A stretch of 53,879 bases of DNA, the filler included, from Stramenopiles sp. TOSAG23-3 (Eukaryota), in the NCBI GenBank assembly GCA_900128585.1. It is 4 parts of 4 records of this genome, joined end to end, with 100 filler letters (N's around TTAATTAATTAA, not from the genome) between each part and the next. Parts side by side here need not be neighbours in the genome. Positions count along the whole stretch, not along the records: positions 1 to 24,754 come from LT642298.1; 3 more parts are not named here. One strand, written 5' to 3'. Positions 1 to 12,699 of the stretch are shown piece after piece. Numbering within the stretch: position 1 is the stretch's first letter; the number at the start of each line of letters is the position of its first letter. Below the pieces are notes generated by a model. That model made no database searches and was not told where the DNA came from. It saw nothing but the letters and a program-made list of their open reading frames with translations. Both the position numbers and the translations under genes were made by a program.

Positions 1-517
1 GTTTCGTCGTTGATGATTGTCAATCATCACAGAGGAATTATTTTTATTCCAATGAGAAGAATTATTACCAGGTGATAATGTTTCTTTTCTTGTGAAAGGC
101 GATTTGAACTCAACAAAGTGACCCGAATCCCAGTCAAAATCCGTGATAATACTTGTTTTTAAATTTTGTTTCGTTGGTTGTCAATCACTGAGGAGTTATA
201 TTCCAAGATGCACATTTACTGCAAGAAAATTGGCTGTTATTTAAGTAATTAAATAGTAATGTTTTTTTTCTTGGTAAAGGTGATCTGTAATCAACAAATC
301 GATCCTTGTCCCAATCAAAGTCCCCGAAAGTTTCATCTTTCTTTGGAGACTCTTGTGAGTAGAACACTTCTTCGCCAAACCCATCAGAGTCACTTGGAGA
401 ATTAATCCCCCCTTTATTGTCGGATCTCAAACAGCTGCTAGATTTGTTTTTATCAAAAAACAAATCATATAGTATGTTTTAATACGCTCAAAAAAGAAAA
501 AAAAGGTAAAACCGTTC

Positions 518-945
518 ATTATTTCATTGAGCAGTACCACAGACAACGAGCCCCTTTAAAACATTTATGCCGCTGTGTACTTTTAAGACCAATCGGAGGA
601 TCTGCAATAGGAGGATATATTGTTCTTGAACTGACACTTTTTTTTTCTTTTTATATATTTTAATTACTCTAAAATAACAGCCAATTTTTTGTTTTAAAAG
701 AACCTTTAACTTTACGAAAGAAAGTCAGGAGGGGTGATGATTATTTCATTGAGCAGTACCACAGACAACGAGCCCCTTTAAAACATTTATGCCGCTGTGT
801 ACTTTTAAAAGACCAATCAATTGGAATCTTGACCAGAACTTGGGGAGGATCTGCTGGAGGAAATATTGTTCTGGACTGACAACTTCTTTTTTCTTTTTAT
901 ATATTTTAATTACTATATAAAATAACAGTCAATTTTCTTGTTTTT
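518..945. repeat. Dispersed AT-rich repeat family: two direct copies (from 518 and from 740); inverted copies at ~14145-14280 and ~19950-20066
   Basis: Shared blocks AAAACATTTATGCCGCTGTGTACTT and GGAGGATCTGC..ATATTGTTCT.GA.CTGAC..TTTTTTCTTTTT. Confidence 0.85.
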
Positions 946-1365
946 ATAATATAGTATGCTTTAGACTAAGCTATAAGACTCTCAATTTTCTATATATCAA
1001 TTTACCAAAAACATAATAATAATATACTGAATCAGTTTAATAAAAAAAAACTTTAATTGGAAACCAGGAGCAGAAATCAATTCGCAACACATGAAGAAGA
1101 TAAATTTTAAATACCTAAATAAATGACAGCCATTATTTTGTTACGCATTTTTTTTGTGTGTTTGATTTTTTAAAAATCTGTAACTTTCGTTCATGGCCAA
1201 TCATCGACGCGATTTCTCTTCAGGGATGGAAAGCTACGAACAAACCTGATAGATTAGGAATTTTGCCCCATTCTGGGTGCAAATAGTGCACTTGATACTA
1301 GGCACGACTCCGAACAAAACCGTTAAAGGCTTCAACTTGCACGTAGTGGCCAGTAGCCAATCCTT

Positions 1366-1855
1366 CTAGTCTATTTTCTCCATGAGAATTATCGGTTTTA
1401 GTACATTGTTTTTATTCGTTTCAATGACACGCCCGTTAATGACCATTTCGTCCAACAGAAAATGAGCTTTTTCCATATTAAACATAATATCTAACTCGCA
1501 GACATTTTCAAAATATTTGTCAAAGGTCTCTACAAGCGAGTGTATAAACTCTAATACAGCGAGCTCATTCTAAAAATGAAGAAGGCGTTAGGCTATGTTG
1601 TTGTAATGGATTCTTTGGATAACTTACGTCGCCGCTATTACTAGTCCCTACTATAAAATAGAGAGAAGCATATCTCCGATATATAATTTTATACTCCCTA
1701 TGCTCCATAAATGAGCATTGCATTTCATTTCTTGACAAACACTTCCTAATAACTTCAGCTTCAATTGCAGTGCGCTCTTGCATCTCTAGCCATGAATAGT
1801 ATGACGACAATCTAGTTTGCCCTTGTTTATTTACCATCAGCACAAACTCAATCAT
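1366..1855 (-). CDS. AP4S1: AP-4 adaptor complex sigma subunit; 2 exons (1855-1628, 1569-1366), ~143 aa
   Basis: Exon 1 [20 protein letters not shown]...[33 protein letters not shown] intron 1627-1570 (58 nt); exon 2 [31 protein letters not shown]...; typical clathrin adaptor small chain; VNKQGQTRL fits sigma-4. Confidence 0.9.
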
Positions 1856-1900
1856 AATAGAGTTGGCAAAATCAAATCCTGTTGGCAACTTCGAAACGGG

Positions 1901-1978
1901 CAGTCGAAATGTACAGTCGAAGCGTGCAGTCGAAGCGTGCAGTCGAAGCGTGCAGTCGAAGCGTGCAGTCGAAGTGTG
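1901..1978. repeat. Tandem repeat, 6 x 13 bp (CAGTCGAAGCGTG), just upstream of AP4S1
   Basis: Read directly; four perfect central copies and two with mismatches. Confidence 0.9.
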
Positions 1979-3727
1979 TTTGTTTAAGCCCTTGCCACGT
2001 CAAGTCAACACGTTTTGTGGTATGGATGCTAATGTAAGCTAATTCCACGGGTTTTACTTGTTTCCATTATTTTACTTTTTACAACAACAATTTTTTGTTG
2101 TTGTTGTTTTTTTACTTTTTACTTGGGTGATTTAAAAATAAAGCTACTTTTTTAACATCAATTTAGCAAGGGTTATTATCGATAGCGGACGCACCACGGG
2201 ATTTGAACGACTCCTGACAGACAGATGAGAGGATGATGATTGATAACTTTTTTTCAGTTTTGGTTTAATTTTATCTACAACAAAATTGAAATACAAAATC
2301 TAAATGATTATCTTTCTAAATTTAACTACAGCAATTATTACACTAGTCCTATCAAAATTTAAATTAAATAAAGAGGAAAAGTACTTAACTACGATAAAAC
2401 AACATGAATTTTGCCTTATGCAAACTAGAACCGTAAACAACGTAGATGTTGGTAAAACAAGGAATATATACTATAGGCTAATACTTGGGTGTTTTTCGTT
2501 GAGAAAGGAGTTGTAACTTCTCCAAAAACAACAATAAACTTGCTTCTTTTGTGCCACGTCTGGCAAAGTACCGAACTGTGGACTTCCGTGTGTGTGACTT
2601 CCAGTGGTAGCGTTTGCCGCTTCTTCACCACAAAGTCAAGTAGCACCGCTGATTCAGTTTCTTCTTCATCATTTCTCTCCATGCTGTGTCGATGCTGTTA
2701 TTTCTTTGATTCATCTTAGCTTGCTGTTATTTGCCTGTAAAGCGTATTTCGCAAGAAACTATGCGTTGGAAAGAATTCAAGACGCGTGTTTCTTTCAACA
2801 TTTCCACAAAAGACGTTGCTGGTCAATTTTGATCTTTTCGAATATCTTCAAGATATACTACAACAACATATTTTTACAAACTGTGTTTGTAGGTTTAAGC
2901 GTAATATTGCTGAAATAGGCAAAAATGAACGTTCCAATCAAAATGATACTCTTATTTTGGGTACTACAAACAAAATCACAACAAAAATTCAATTTAATAG
3001 TGTCTAGTCCTATCGAATTTATGAATAGTTTGTTATTTCGGCTTTTAAGTACAGAGACTAGCAAGTCAATTGAAATTTCCTTAACACCGTCATTATCATC
3101 ATTTCGTCTTTTTTCTGCTTCTTCTTCTCAGCAATGCAACGTTGTTTCTATTTTTATCGAAGAACCTTCTTTTCTATTGAAATGTTTGTTGTGTGTTGTC
3201 TCCTTAAATACTGAATTTTATGTTCCAGGAGGTTATTACTAATACAGTTAGCTACTCTCCTTCTCACTTCAACATTTACAAATAGTTTAATTGATAACCA
3301 TAATACAATTTTATCTAGGGTAAAAACTATTTTCAGTACAAACATACAGTACATTATTCCTTATTTTGTGAAAATTTGTTACTTCATTACCGGTGGCTCT
3401 AAGTGCCGGAAGTGTCAACGGACGAGGGCCATGCTAGATCAGATAGAGAGTGAGGATGCAGGCTGTGCGGAAGATAATACGACGGCCTTTTTTGTCAGCT
3501 TTCTTCTATGGGTGAATAGAGACTAAAAACCTTTCTTTGCGAGATAACTCGAAACTCGATTATCATAATAGAGTTGCAACTTTTTAATCAGCACTTGTAT
3601 ATACTAACTGTGCGACGATCGTGGACGAAAACGGACAGGGTAGGGTAATTAAAGGATACAGACTTGTATGAGTTGCTAGTCGGTCCCGGTATTACAAACA
3701 AGTAGAGGGTGCTGTGTAAACTGTGTT

Positions 3728-6007
3728 ATGGAAGGTATTCGCACTACGTTGGGGTCTTCAGTTGGTGGCTACAGCCAGGAGATTAATTTAGACGACACTG
3801 GTAGCTCTGGCGAGGAGCATTCATTAAAATCTGAGAAAACCGAACGCGTGGCGATCGCTGGCAAAAGTAACAGACGGCAGCGCTATGCCCAGCCTGAGAT
3901 AATTAAAAAAAACAGACCTAAAGAAAAATCTTCTGAAAGGGCGTTAAGCGAATTTTTTGCCGAGGATATTCCTAACTATAGTAACCCGGCGGAAGAACTG
4001 GAGTATCAGCGGGTAGTTTTGAAGGGCAAATATCAATACCCTGAAGAAATGAAAGACGCGTGTCAAAATGTTTTACATTGTCTTCGGTTAAGAAAGAAGT
4101 ATAAAAGTTTTAATATTGACATGGAAAAAAATTGGGGTGGGCTAGAGCCTGGCGAATACATACACCAGGAAAAAACATCCACGCCACTTGTGTGCAATGT
4201 TGGGTTGGGTGCTGCTAACACTAAAAAGAAAGACCAGACTAAAAAAAACAAAAATCTTAATAGCACAAGACGCAGACCGGATGTTTTGTACGAGCCTTTC
4301 AAGCTTAGACCTGTTCCGTCTGCTTCGGAGTGCGACATAGTTTGCAATCGAGGTGTTTTTGGTGTTCTTCAACCAAACGATTTGAATCTGCCCTCCCCAC
4401 TTTCCGGGCTCCCGAATTGTAAAGACACTTCTCCATCAGGCACACGGTCTGCAAAAGTTGAAGTTTTGTCTTATGCTGAATTCGAAAATGATATAAAATA
4501 TTTGTTTTCACAGGCCAACCATGGCCCTATGAAATCTTTGTGTTACAGCCGCTGTTCGTTTTTAAAAGCGAAATTTGATACCCACGTAATGTTGAATCGG
4601 GATCGTGAACTTATGGCGCAAAAACAGGTACCCCATCGTGATTTTTATAATGTGAGAAAAGTTGACACGCATATTCACCATTCCGCGTGTATGAATGCAA
4701 AACATTTACTGCGTTTCATAAAGAAAAAATTGCGAACGTGCTCAGATGAAGTCGTGATCAATCGAGACGGTAAATTTTTGACACTCGGAGATGTATTCAG
4801 ATCACTAGGTTTTACTGCGTATGACTTAAGTGTTGATACATTAGACACCCACGCCCACCATGAAACTTTCCACAGATTTGACCGATTTAATTTAAAATAT
4901 AACCCTTGTGGCCAGAGTCGCTTACGGGAAATATTTATTAAGAACAACAATTTGATCCAAGGTAGATACCTCGGAGATATAACCAGAGAAGTCTTCACAG
5001 ATCTTTCGTCAAGTAAATACCAATTAATGGAACCGCGAATATCCATTTATGGCCGAAACCCTATGGAGTGGCATGATCTTGGCAAATGGATTTGTTCCAA
5101 CCGGTTGCTTGTTAAAGAAATAAGGTGGATGGTGCAATTGCCTCGTTTATATAGAATGTTTAAAAAATTAGGGATGATCTATAGCTTCCAAGACATACTG
5201 AACAACTTCTTTAAACCTCTGTTCAAAGTGTCTCAGTGCCCATCATCAGATCCAGACTTATACTTATTTTTGCAGCATATGACAGGGTTTGATTGTGTAG
5301 ATGACGAGAGTCAACCAGAAACACGCGACTCGCAGCTTCCGCCTCCAGCACAGTGGACCAGAAAGGACAACCCACCGTACCATTACTGGCTATATTATTT
5401 GTGGGCAAATATAAAGACTTTAAATAAATTTCGGCATAGCCTTGGCATGTCAACATTTTCTTTGCGACCTCACTGCGGAGAAGCAGGCAACAAATTCCAT
5501 TTGTCCTCTGGATTTCTTCTGGCTGAACATATTAATCACGGTATTCGTTTGAAACAAACTCCAGTGCTGCTCTACCTATATTACTTGGAGCAAATTGGTC
5601 TTGCAATGTCACCACTGAGCAATAACAGATTATTTCTGACTTATGCGAAGAATCCGTTTATAGATTTTTTCAAAATGGGTCTTAATGTTTCCCTCTCTAC
5701 AGACGACCCTCTGCAACTGCATTTCACAAAAGATGCTCTTCTAGAAGAATACAGCGTAGCAAGACAAGTGTACGATTTGTCAAACGCCGATGTGTGCGAA
5801 TTGGCTAGAAACAGTGTCTTACAGAGTGGGTTTGAGCACCCATTTAAAGATTTTTTTTTAGGGGAGATGTATTACAAAATGTCAACTGCTAATAATGACA
5901 TAACGATGACTAATGTTCCTGATATTCGTTTGGTCTACAGGAATGAAACACTACAGGAAGAATTTAAAGTTTTATACAAGGGCGCTAGTTCCATTTTAAA
6001 AAATTAA
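3728..6007 (+). CDS. AMPD: AMP deaminase (759 aa, intronless)
   Basis: HRDFYNVRKVDTHIHHSACMN, FHRFDRFNLKYNP, RPHCGEAG, SPLSNN, SLSTDDPLQ signature motifs. Confidence 0.97.
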   Translation: MEGIRTTLGSSVGGYSQEINLDDTGSSGEEHSLKSEKTERVAIAGKSNRRQRYAQPEIIKKNRPKEKSSERALSEFFAEDIPNYSNPAEELEYQRVVLKGKYQYPEEMKDACQNVLHCLRLRKKYKSFNIDMEKNWGGLEPGEYIHQEKTSTPLVCNVGLGAANTKKKDQTKKNKNLNSTRRRPDVLYEPFKLRPVPSASECDIVCNRGVFGVLQPNDLNLPSPLSGLPNCKDTSPSGTRSAKVEVLSYAEFENDIKYLFSQANHGPMKSLCYSRCSFLKAKFDTHVMLNRDRELMAQKQVPHRDFYNVRKVDTHIHHSACMNAKHLLRFIKKKLRTCSDEVVINRDGKFLTLGDVFRSLGFTAYDLSVDTLDTHAHHETFHRFDRFNLKYNPCGQSRLREIFIKNNNLIQGRYLGDITREVFTDLSSSKYQLMEPRISIYGRNPMEWHDLGKWICSNRLLVKEIRWMVQLPRLYRMFKKLGMIYSFQDILNNFFKPLFKVSQCPSSDPDLYLFLQHMTGFDCVDDESQPETRDSQLPPPAQWTRKDNPPYHYWLYYLWANIKTLNKFRHSLGMSTFSLRPHCGEAGNKFHLSSGFLLAEHINHGIRLKQTPVLLYLYYLEQIGLAMSPLSNNRLFLTYAKNPFIDFFKMGLNVSLSTDDPLQLHFTKDALLEEYSVARQVYDLSNADVCELARNSVLQSGFEHPFKDFFLGEMYYKMSTANNDITMTNVPDIRLVYRNETLQEEFKVLYKGASSILKN

Positions 6008-7069
6008 ATGATGCTAAATGGAGGCAACTTGAGTAGTTGTATCATTCTTGTGATATTGTGGATACAAAGGCGGTCGTGGGTTTGTATAGCTTGCATAACA
6101 TCTTAGGAGAGTGGAGATGATGGCATGGCACCGGGGCCTACCAGTGATACGGGATGTGGTGATTCTTCGTCAGATGGTGCTGATTCAGCACAACCAGAGA
6201 TGATGGCCGGAAGGAACGGAGCTTGTTTTCATGGGTAGAGACTTGAGGTTGTCACAAAATGGTTACAGTATAGTTTCAAGGGGTAGAGAAAAAGTGAATA
6301 CTCATATAATAGGTAAAATCCATTTCATACCTTAACCGAAAAGAAACTACAGTGAGATGACGAGAATGATTTTCATTATGAAAAAGCAGAATTTTAGTTT
6401 AGTATAGCTGTTTTGTAACAATTAACGGTGGTTACATGCATCATGATATATACTACTATCAGCAAATCCCCCAGGGGATCAATAGAGGGCCATTGGTTCA
6501 TATACTTGGGCAGAAAGAGAAGCCACTGGAACAGCTGCAGGTTGACCTGGACTACGAATTCTTCGCTATCGAAACGGCAGAGGCGTTTTCGATTGTGCTC
6601 TCTGTCTACATTTTTCCAAGCCCCTAAACATTTTTTTCAATAACAAGAGTATTTTGGGCACCAGCGGTGGCGAGTAATGATGCTTGTTATTTATCCAATT
6701 CGCTACACTACTGTTACGACTTCGTACCTGACTTTAAAATAGAATACTTTATTGTACTCAGAAATATCGTATGATAGATATCATATCATATAGTTTCTAT
6801 CATATGAAGAAAAAAATCCACTTATAAAAAAAACAAAATATGCTTTTTTAAAACTCTCTCATTTTTTATATTTTTTAAAAACCAAAATATATAATTTTTA
6901 TATTTTATATCAATTAAGATATAGTTTCTATGATATGAATTAATTAATAGATTCCTTCTCTTCAGAGTAGGAAATCCTTTTCTTTCTTAACAAGTTTTCG
7001 TACACGTACTCCATCCGTTCGATCGTATGCGTGCACGTAAATACATTCTGCACAGGCACTGCACTGTCG

Positions 7070-7526
7070 CAGACTGCTATTGTAGATTGCACGAATAGTG
7101 CCCAGGGGGGGGGGGGCGTCGATAAAATTTCATTTTTTTACCATTTTTTAACCGACTGGTTTATGCTGTATCGATATTATTAAGTGCACAGTATCATCAG
7201 AGCATACAGTATAATGTTAGGGAGGAGGATTCCTTATTTTCACGATATTCGTTCTTTCCTCTGCTAACAAAAAAGAAGAGAATAATAATTTAAACTTTAT
7301 AGAAGAACAGAACTTTTTTTCCATAATTATAGTCGTCTATGTTGTGTAATCTTAATTTTGATTAAAGTCTTAAGTTTTAATTTTTTATAGTAATTTTCGC
7401 ATTTCTTCTTTTTCACTTTTTATAATATTTAAATAATGCTGTGTATATTTTAAAATAAAATATAATATTTTACCCTTAACTCTCCACTCCAGTTCATCTA
7501 ATCGTGCAATCTACAATAGCAGTCTG
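7070..7526. mobile_element. MITE-like element bounded by perfect 25-bp terminal inverted repeats
   Basis: CAGACTGCTATTGTAGATTGCACGA at 7070-7094 and its reverse complement at 7502-7526; AT-rich non-coding interior; no clear TSD. Confidence 0.6.
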
Positions 7527-10500
7527 ACTCAACCTTAGGAAATGATATTGGAATATATAGTACTTGCCTAATAAAAGCCAATTTTCTTGTTCTATAAAAT
7601 ACGACTTTGCTCTATTAAAAAGAATTAATACAGCCTCCCCTTCGCTTCGGGCGAGAACCCCTGATCGAAGGTTTTAAGGGGTTTCAGCGAAGAAAAATAA
7701 CGACATCGGCGTTGGCAGGGGTGTTTTAAGGAGGAAGTTCGTTCGGTGTGTGGATACCCATTGTACGTGGCTGTAACGGTCTTTGTCTAGGGGTGTAGCA
7801 AGTCATTGAAGTCGTCGTCGTGTGAATTCTTTATTATTTCAGTGGGGTACCTGTTTGTTTGGGTGTCCGTAGCAGGGTATTAGGGTCAAGGTTATTACGG
7901 TTCGTGTCATATAATGCTGTGTTTTTGTTTTGTTCTTTTCGCTTGCGTGTTTGTTTGTTTTATTACATTTATTGTATTATAGAGAGTAGAAGTCATTTAA
8001 GGGGGACCGATGATACGAATGGTCTTTTCGTCTTTTTTACAAAAAAAACGATCATTTTTACTCAATTTTATGTGTTTTACGTAATTATGTTGTTGTAGTA
8101 ACAACCGAAAAAATAACTTTCGTACTAGAGGAGTAGAGGGGAAAAATTATTAAAAATAATGTGTCTATTGTTGTATTTAAGAAATAGTGTTAAGGAATAA
8201 TTGGGCATAAAGGTCCACCAATCGAACACCGACATATGAAAAAGGATGAACTCCTATTCGGTATTCAAACGAAAACAACGAGGCTATCAAAGCCATCAAA
8301 AACGATAGAGACGGAATGTAATCCGTATCGTATACAATTGGGATATCATACACCACGACAACTTTGGAATCGTATGACCCACGCCATCGCGTCAATCAAA
8401 CTTGACACTTACGAAAAAGATAAATACCGGTCGACTAAAAACAAGTTACCGGAAACGCACCACTTTTGAAACGAAATCAGCCGAAACTAAGAATAATATT
8501 CTTAGTTCAGCATAGGAATAGCAGTGCGAACCTGATCAGTTCGAACTAAGATTTAAGCAAAAAAGATCTTCTACTGCAGTCACCACATGATAGTAGTAGC
8601 AGTAGTAAATGACATGTAAATGAATGATTCATTACATCCGCTCGCGAGGATGCATGTCACAAATTAAAAAGAGAAAGATAAGAGTCAACGAGAAGAGAAA
8701 AAGAAGAAACTAACGTTAAAACGTATAAAAGAGAATAAAGTTATAAATTCGATTAAAATAACATCCTTAAGAAAGGGTTCAAATACTTCATCTATATATT
8801 CTGTTTTTGTTTTTGAAGGAGGAGGAAGAAGTATTGTCGTTGTGTTGTTGGTGTTCTAAATTTATTATTTTCAATTATACGTGCAAAAATGTGTAATTTT
8901 GGATTTTTGTAAATTGAACGATAGTGTACGTGTACTCTGATTCTTCAAAAAAGTATTCGTTTCCCTCGGGAATTAAGCCAATAAAATGACCCTTCAAATT
9001 CTTTGTAAGTGGCTTGCGATGGATAACTCCAGCCTCAATACTTTTTACGCAACTCGGAAATAATCAAGACGCTGAAAAAAGGCTTCGTCTGGGCGGAGAA
9101 GGGGTGCCTTTCTATTACGGCACGATGAAGTGGGTAGACTTTTGTTCGTGGACACAAATGAAAGGATAGAACCCTAAATTCAATTGTATCAAACGTATAT
9201 CTAAATGTAGAAGGTTTAATTTATTCTTGTAGTGCAAATTTCGTAAATGATCTAGTTCAGAAAGTGTGTCAACCTCAGCTGCGCATACACCGCCACTCTG
9301 ATATTGCTCAACAGTATCCCAACCGACGTCAGATCTCTGTAAACGGCAGTTTCAAAATTACGGAAAATTTCAAAAGTCTCAGAGACCACTGGAGATATTT
9401 CTTTGAGCTTGTGCATGCAACTTTATATGATATACGCCTCACTTCTGTTTTCTTTTTAAACAGCGTAGAACGCCCAACTCTGCCCCCCCCCCACCAAAAT
9501 GCTAATTTTGCCTATTTGCTAAGATTTGAAAACACTATCTTCAAAACTAAACGCAAATGAAAAAAAAGGGAAGTGAGGCGTGTTCCCCATACAAGTAACA
9601 AATGAAACCCTGCCGATCTGGGGGTCATAACTCTCTTGGTTAAGAAACGGTTTACGTATTAGTATCAATATTATAATTGAAATCTTCACTTGCAGTTTTA
9701 CTTATTTCGGAACTTGGGCTAATACAGACAACTACCACAGAGTTTTTTTTATGCGGTGATGATTGAAGACACGTCGTCGTGGAAGTTTTAAAATAATGAC
9801 TTATGATTCTCCACACGATTCACTTGTTGTTATTTAGAATTATTTAATTTCATCTCGTCTTCGCGAATTTAAATACAGGTAGTAGCATTATATCAATGTT
9901 GTGCAATGTAAGTGAGAGCAATGTTGTCTCCTTATCCAGAGGACAAATTGATGTTGTTGTATTAAAAATACGTATTTACATATTTCGGTACGTTTGGATC
10001 ATCCCTTAAACCGGAAAGTCGGAGGGAAAAAAAAACTCCTTACAACTTCTTCTCCTCTAATGATTAAAAAAAATAATTAATTATTATTTTATTTCTTCTG
10101 CTTCAGTATAAAATATAAAAGAAAATAAATGAATCAAAAGAAGAAAGACTGCGTAAATTCGAAATGTCATTTTTTTATTTGAAACATTGTGCAATGTAAA
10201 TGGTATTCTAACTAATTTTGATAGGAAAAGCGACCCGCGGTTTCGTAACAATAAGGATGGGCATATTGGCGGCGACCGAGTGTGTGATACCTACTGTACT
10301 CTAGGACAAAAAAATTGAATCTGAATCATCATTTTTGTTGTTGAAAAAACGCTTTTATTCATTCATTCAGGTAGGTCGTGTACGGTATACAATGGTGTAC
10401 AAATACGAAAATTATATGCTGCGACGCGACAATGCGCACACTTGCAGACTTCTCGAAAGATAGACGGCACGCTACACGAATTGAGCCACACATCCCCAAG

Positions 10501-10553
10501 TTTCCACGATTAGGAATTCTAGCCGCTACCCAACCGGATATAGCCATAGGTAC

Positions 10554-11984
10554 ATGGACACGAAGACACTAATTGCCCGCTTCAGAGATAGCAAGGTGAC
10601 CTCCCGTCATCAGCGCGGTGCTGTGGCGACATTCTGGTGGGATCGTGGTACCCGATCCTTGTCGTACAAACGTGCAAAACATGAAGATAAGAGACAAGAG
10701 ATACCTGTCCCTCAATCTGCGGTGGGAAATTATGACAAATGTGCTGGGTCACAAAAGCAGCTGTCCGTGGAAGACGCAATCGTTGCGGAAGTGTCTACGG
10801 CATCGCTTTCACAGATACCACAGAGACTTTCAACTGGTAGCTTAAATGATTTTCTCCATTTGCGTCAGAACAGCAAAGGGCAGCGAAGAAAAGGAGACTT
10901 GTCAATTTCCCAAGACAGGGAGTCTGTAATGACGAACAGACAATACGCTGTGCCCCTAGCAAAAAATCATTCGGGTAATGTGCACAGTACTTTTCAAGGT
11001 ATTGCCGACGACCTTGAAGCCTCCCTCTTGCTATTTAAACTGAAATATCAGGGGGGAAATAGCGAAGACTGTGAATTAAAAGAATGCCCTGGGACAGTGC
11101 AATATAAACAACGTGGGCTAAAAGAAGATGAACAAAAACGATATGGGAAGAAAGGTGCACAGAACAGTTTATTGAGGAATATTTTAATATCAGATACAAA
11201 GCTTCGAAATTCTACGACCATGGAGGAAGTAAATGCAGCCTCGAATTCCAACGTTGACCGCCAGGAGTGCTTACATGTTAAATCAATTGAAATTCCCAAT
11301 AAGTATCCAATCAGACAGAATAAAGTAAAAGATATTCAAACATTTCAATTTAAAAGCAGTACTGGAGAGACAAATCCTTGTAAATCGCAAGATATTTTTC
11401 CGAATTGCACTGAACTAGATATGAAATCAAGTGCTTTGTCCGTTAGCGATAGTCCATTGAGGAAGAAAACTTCTCCCTTAAATGCCCAACAAAAAGCTCC
11501 ATTTCAAGGTAATTTAGCTGACGTTGCTGGTTTTATATCTGAGACCCTTGACACGACATTGTTTGGTTTGAACAGACGGCTGCGATCAAAACATTTGATT
11601 AACAACAGTGTGCAATATGATGAAAGTGTTACTACAAATAGGTATTCTAGTATTCCCAGAGTATCTGTTTTTCATAACACAAATCGGAGACACACAATAG
11701 GAAATGGCACTAACGCTAATGCTCGAGAGCTTCGCACGTTTGAATTGGATACTCACCCACCTGGATTCAACGAAAAGATTAAAAAAATAAATGAGTATTT
11801 GCCTGGTAAGTCAGACTCCAAATTTCCAATTTTACGCGCAAAGGAAGGATATACAGCAATAGACACACAAACAAGCGCCGACAAAAATATTATTATTGAT
11901 CAAATTAGTTCAGCCCATAATGCAATTGGAACATTTAAAGAACTGCGGATGAAAAAAAGTATCGCTTTTATGGACAACAGCTAG
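10554..11984 (+). CDS. Hypothetical protein (476 aa), mostly disordered; N-terminal IARFR..SRHQR..FWW resembles the PROSER3-type motif
   Basis: Long ORF with ATG; motif resemblance by eye only. Confidence 0.6.
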   Translation: MDTKTLIARFRDSKVTSRHQRGAVATFWWDRGTRSLSYKRAKHEDKRQEIPVPQSAVGNYDKCAGSQKQLSVEDAIVAEVSTASLSQIPQRLSTGSLNDFLHLRQNSKGQRRKGDLSISQDRESVMTNRQYAVPLAKNHSGNVHSTFQGIADDLEASLLLFKLKYQGGNSEDCELKECPGTVQYKQRGLKEDEQKRYGKKGAQNSLLRNILISDTKLRNSTTMEEVNAASNSNVDRQECLHVKSIEIPNKYPIRQNKVKDIQTFQFKSSTGETNPCKSQDIFPNCTELDMKSSALSVSDSPLRKKTSPLNAQQKAPFQGNLADVAGFISETLDTTLFGLNRRLRSKHLINNSVQYDESVTTNRYSSIPRVSVFHNTNRRHTIGNGTNANARELRTFELDTHPPGFNEKIKKINEYLPGKSDSKFPILRAKEGYTAIDTQTSADKNIIIDQISSAHNAIGTFKELRMKKSIAFMDNS

Positions 11985-12203
11985 AATTCACTACTCTAAC
12001 TTGCCAGCATGTTCCAATCAGATAAGACGTCCATAGGGTTATGATGACGCAACTTAGGCAAATACAGCAGCGCATTTAATCCATATATGGGTAAGAATTA
12101 CCGTAATTTTCTTCGTCCTGAATCGCCAAAGTGGGTGTAATATAAACAAATGGTTAGTAGAGAAACCCTAAGAAAAAAATGAAAAATACGCGAAGGCTTA
12201 TAT

Positions 12204-12334
12204 TCCAAGTGATTCATGTCGCATTTTAAAATTATTTTGGAAACCAACCCTTTTATTCGTCTTGTATTCTAATGTGTTTTGGTCATTGGGTTGGTTTCCA
12301 AAATAATTTTAAAATGCGACATGAATCACTTGGA
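12204..12334. repeat. Perfect 47-bp inverted repeat with 37-nt spacer (foldback/MITE-like)
   Basis: TCCAAGTGATTCATGTCGCATTTTAAAATTATTTTGGAAACCAACCC at 12204-12250 and its reverse complement at 12288-12334. Confidence 0.9.
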
Positions 12335-12699
12335 TTAAAAAAGAAAAACAATGAGTAAAATTTTGGAGGGTCATCCCCGATTTTCAGTGATTGTCTATAA
12401 TTCCCTTAAAACAAATATTAAACACAGTACACAATAGTAACTATTTTCGTATTGTCTTACGTACAAACAAGAATACTGTAATGTATTTTGAAGTGAAAAG
12501 AAACCAATCATTGGCCTGAGTGTAGATATATTATCAGCCGGATAAGGCACAGCGCAGTTTTGGGGCAGGTCCAGGCATCAACAACACAATAATAGCCGCT
12601 GTCTCAAACAATCTTATGATAGTTTGACATATCAGAATATCTTTTCGTATTCTGGAACAAGGAGGAGTTTCGATTCTTGAACGGTTTACCGTCTTTTTT

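Noticed and set aside
2304-3354. Cluster of short ORFs, possibly a decayed minus-strand gene
   Set aside because: Stops in all frames, no recognisable domain, no convincing splice model
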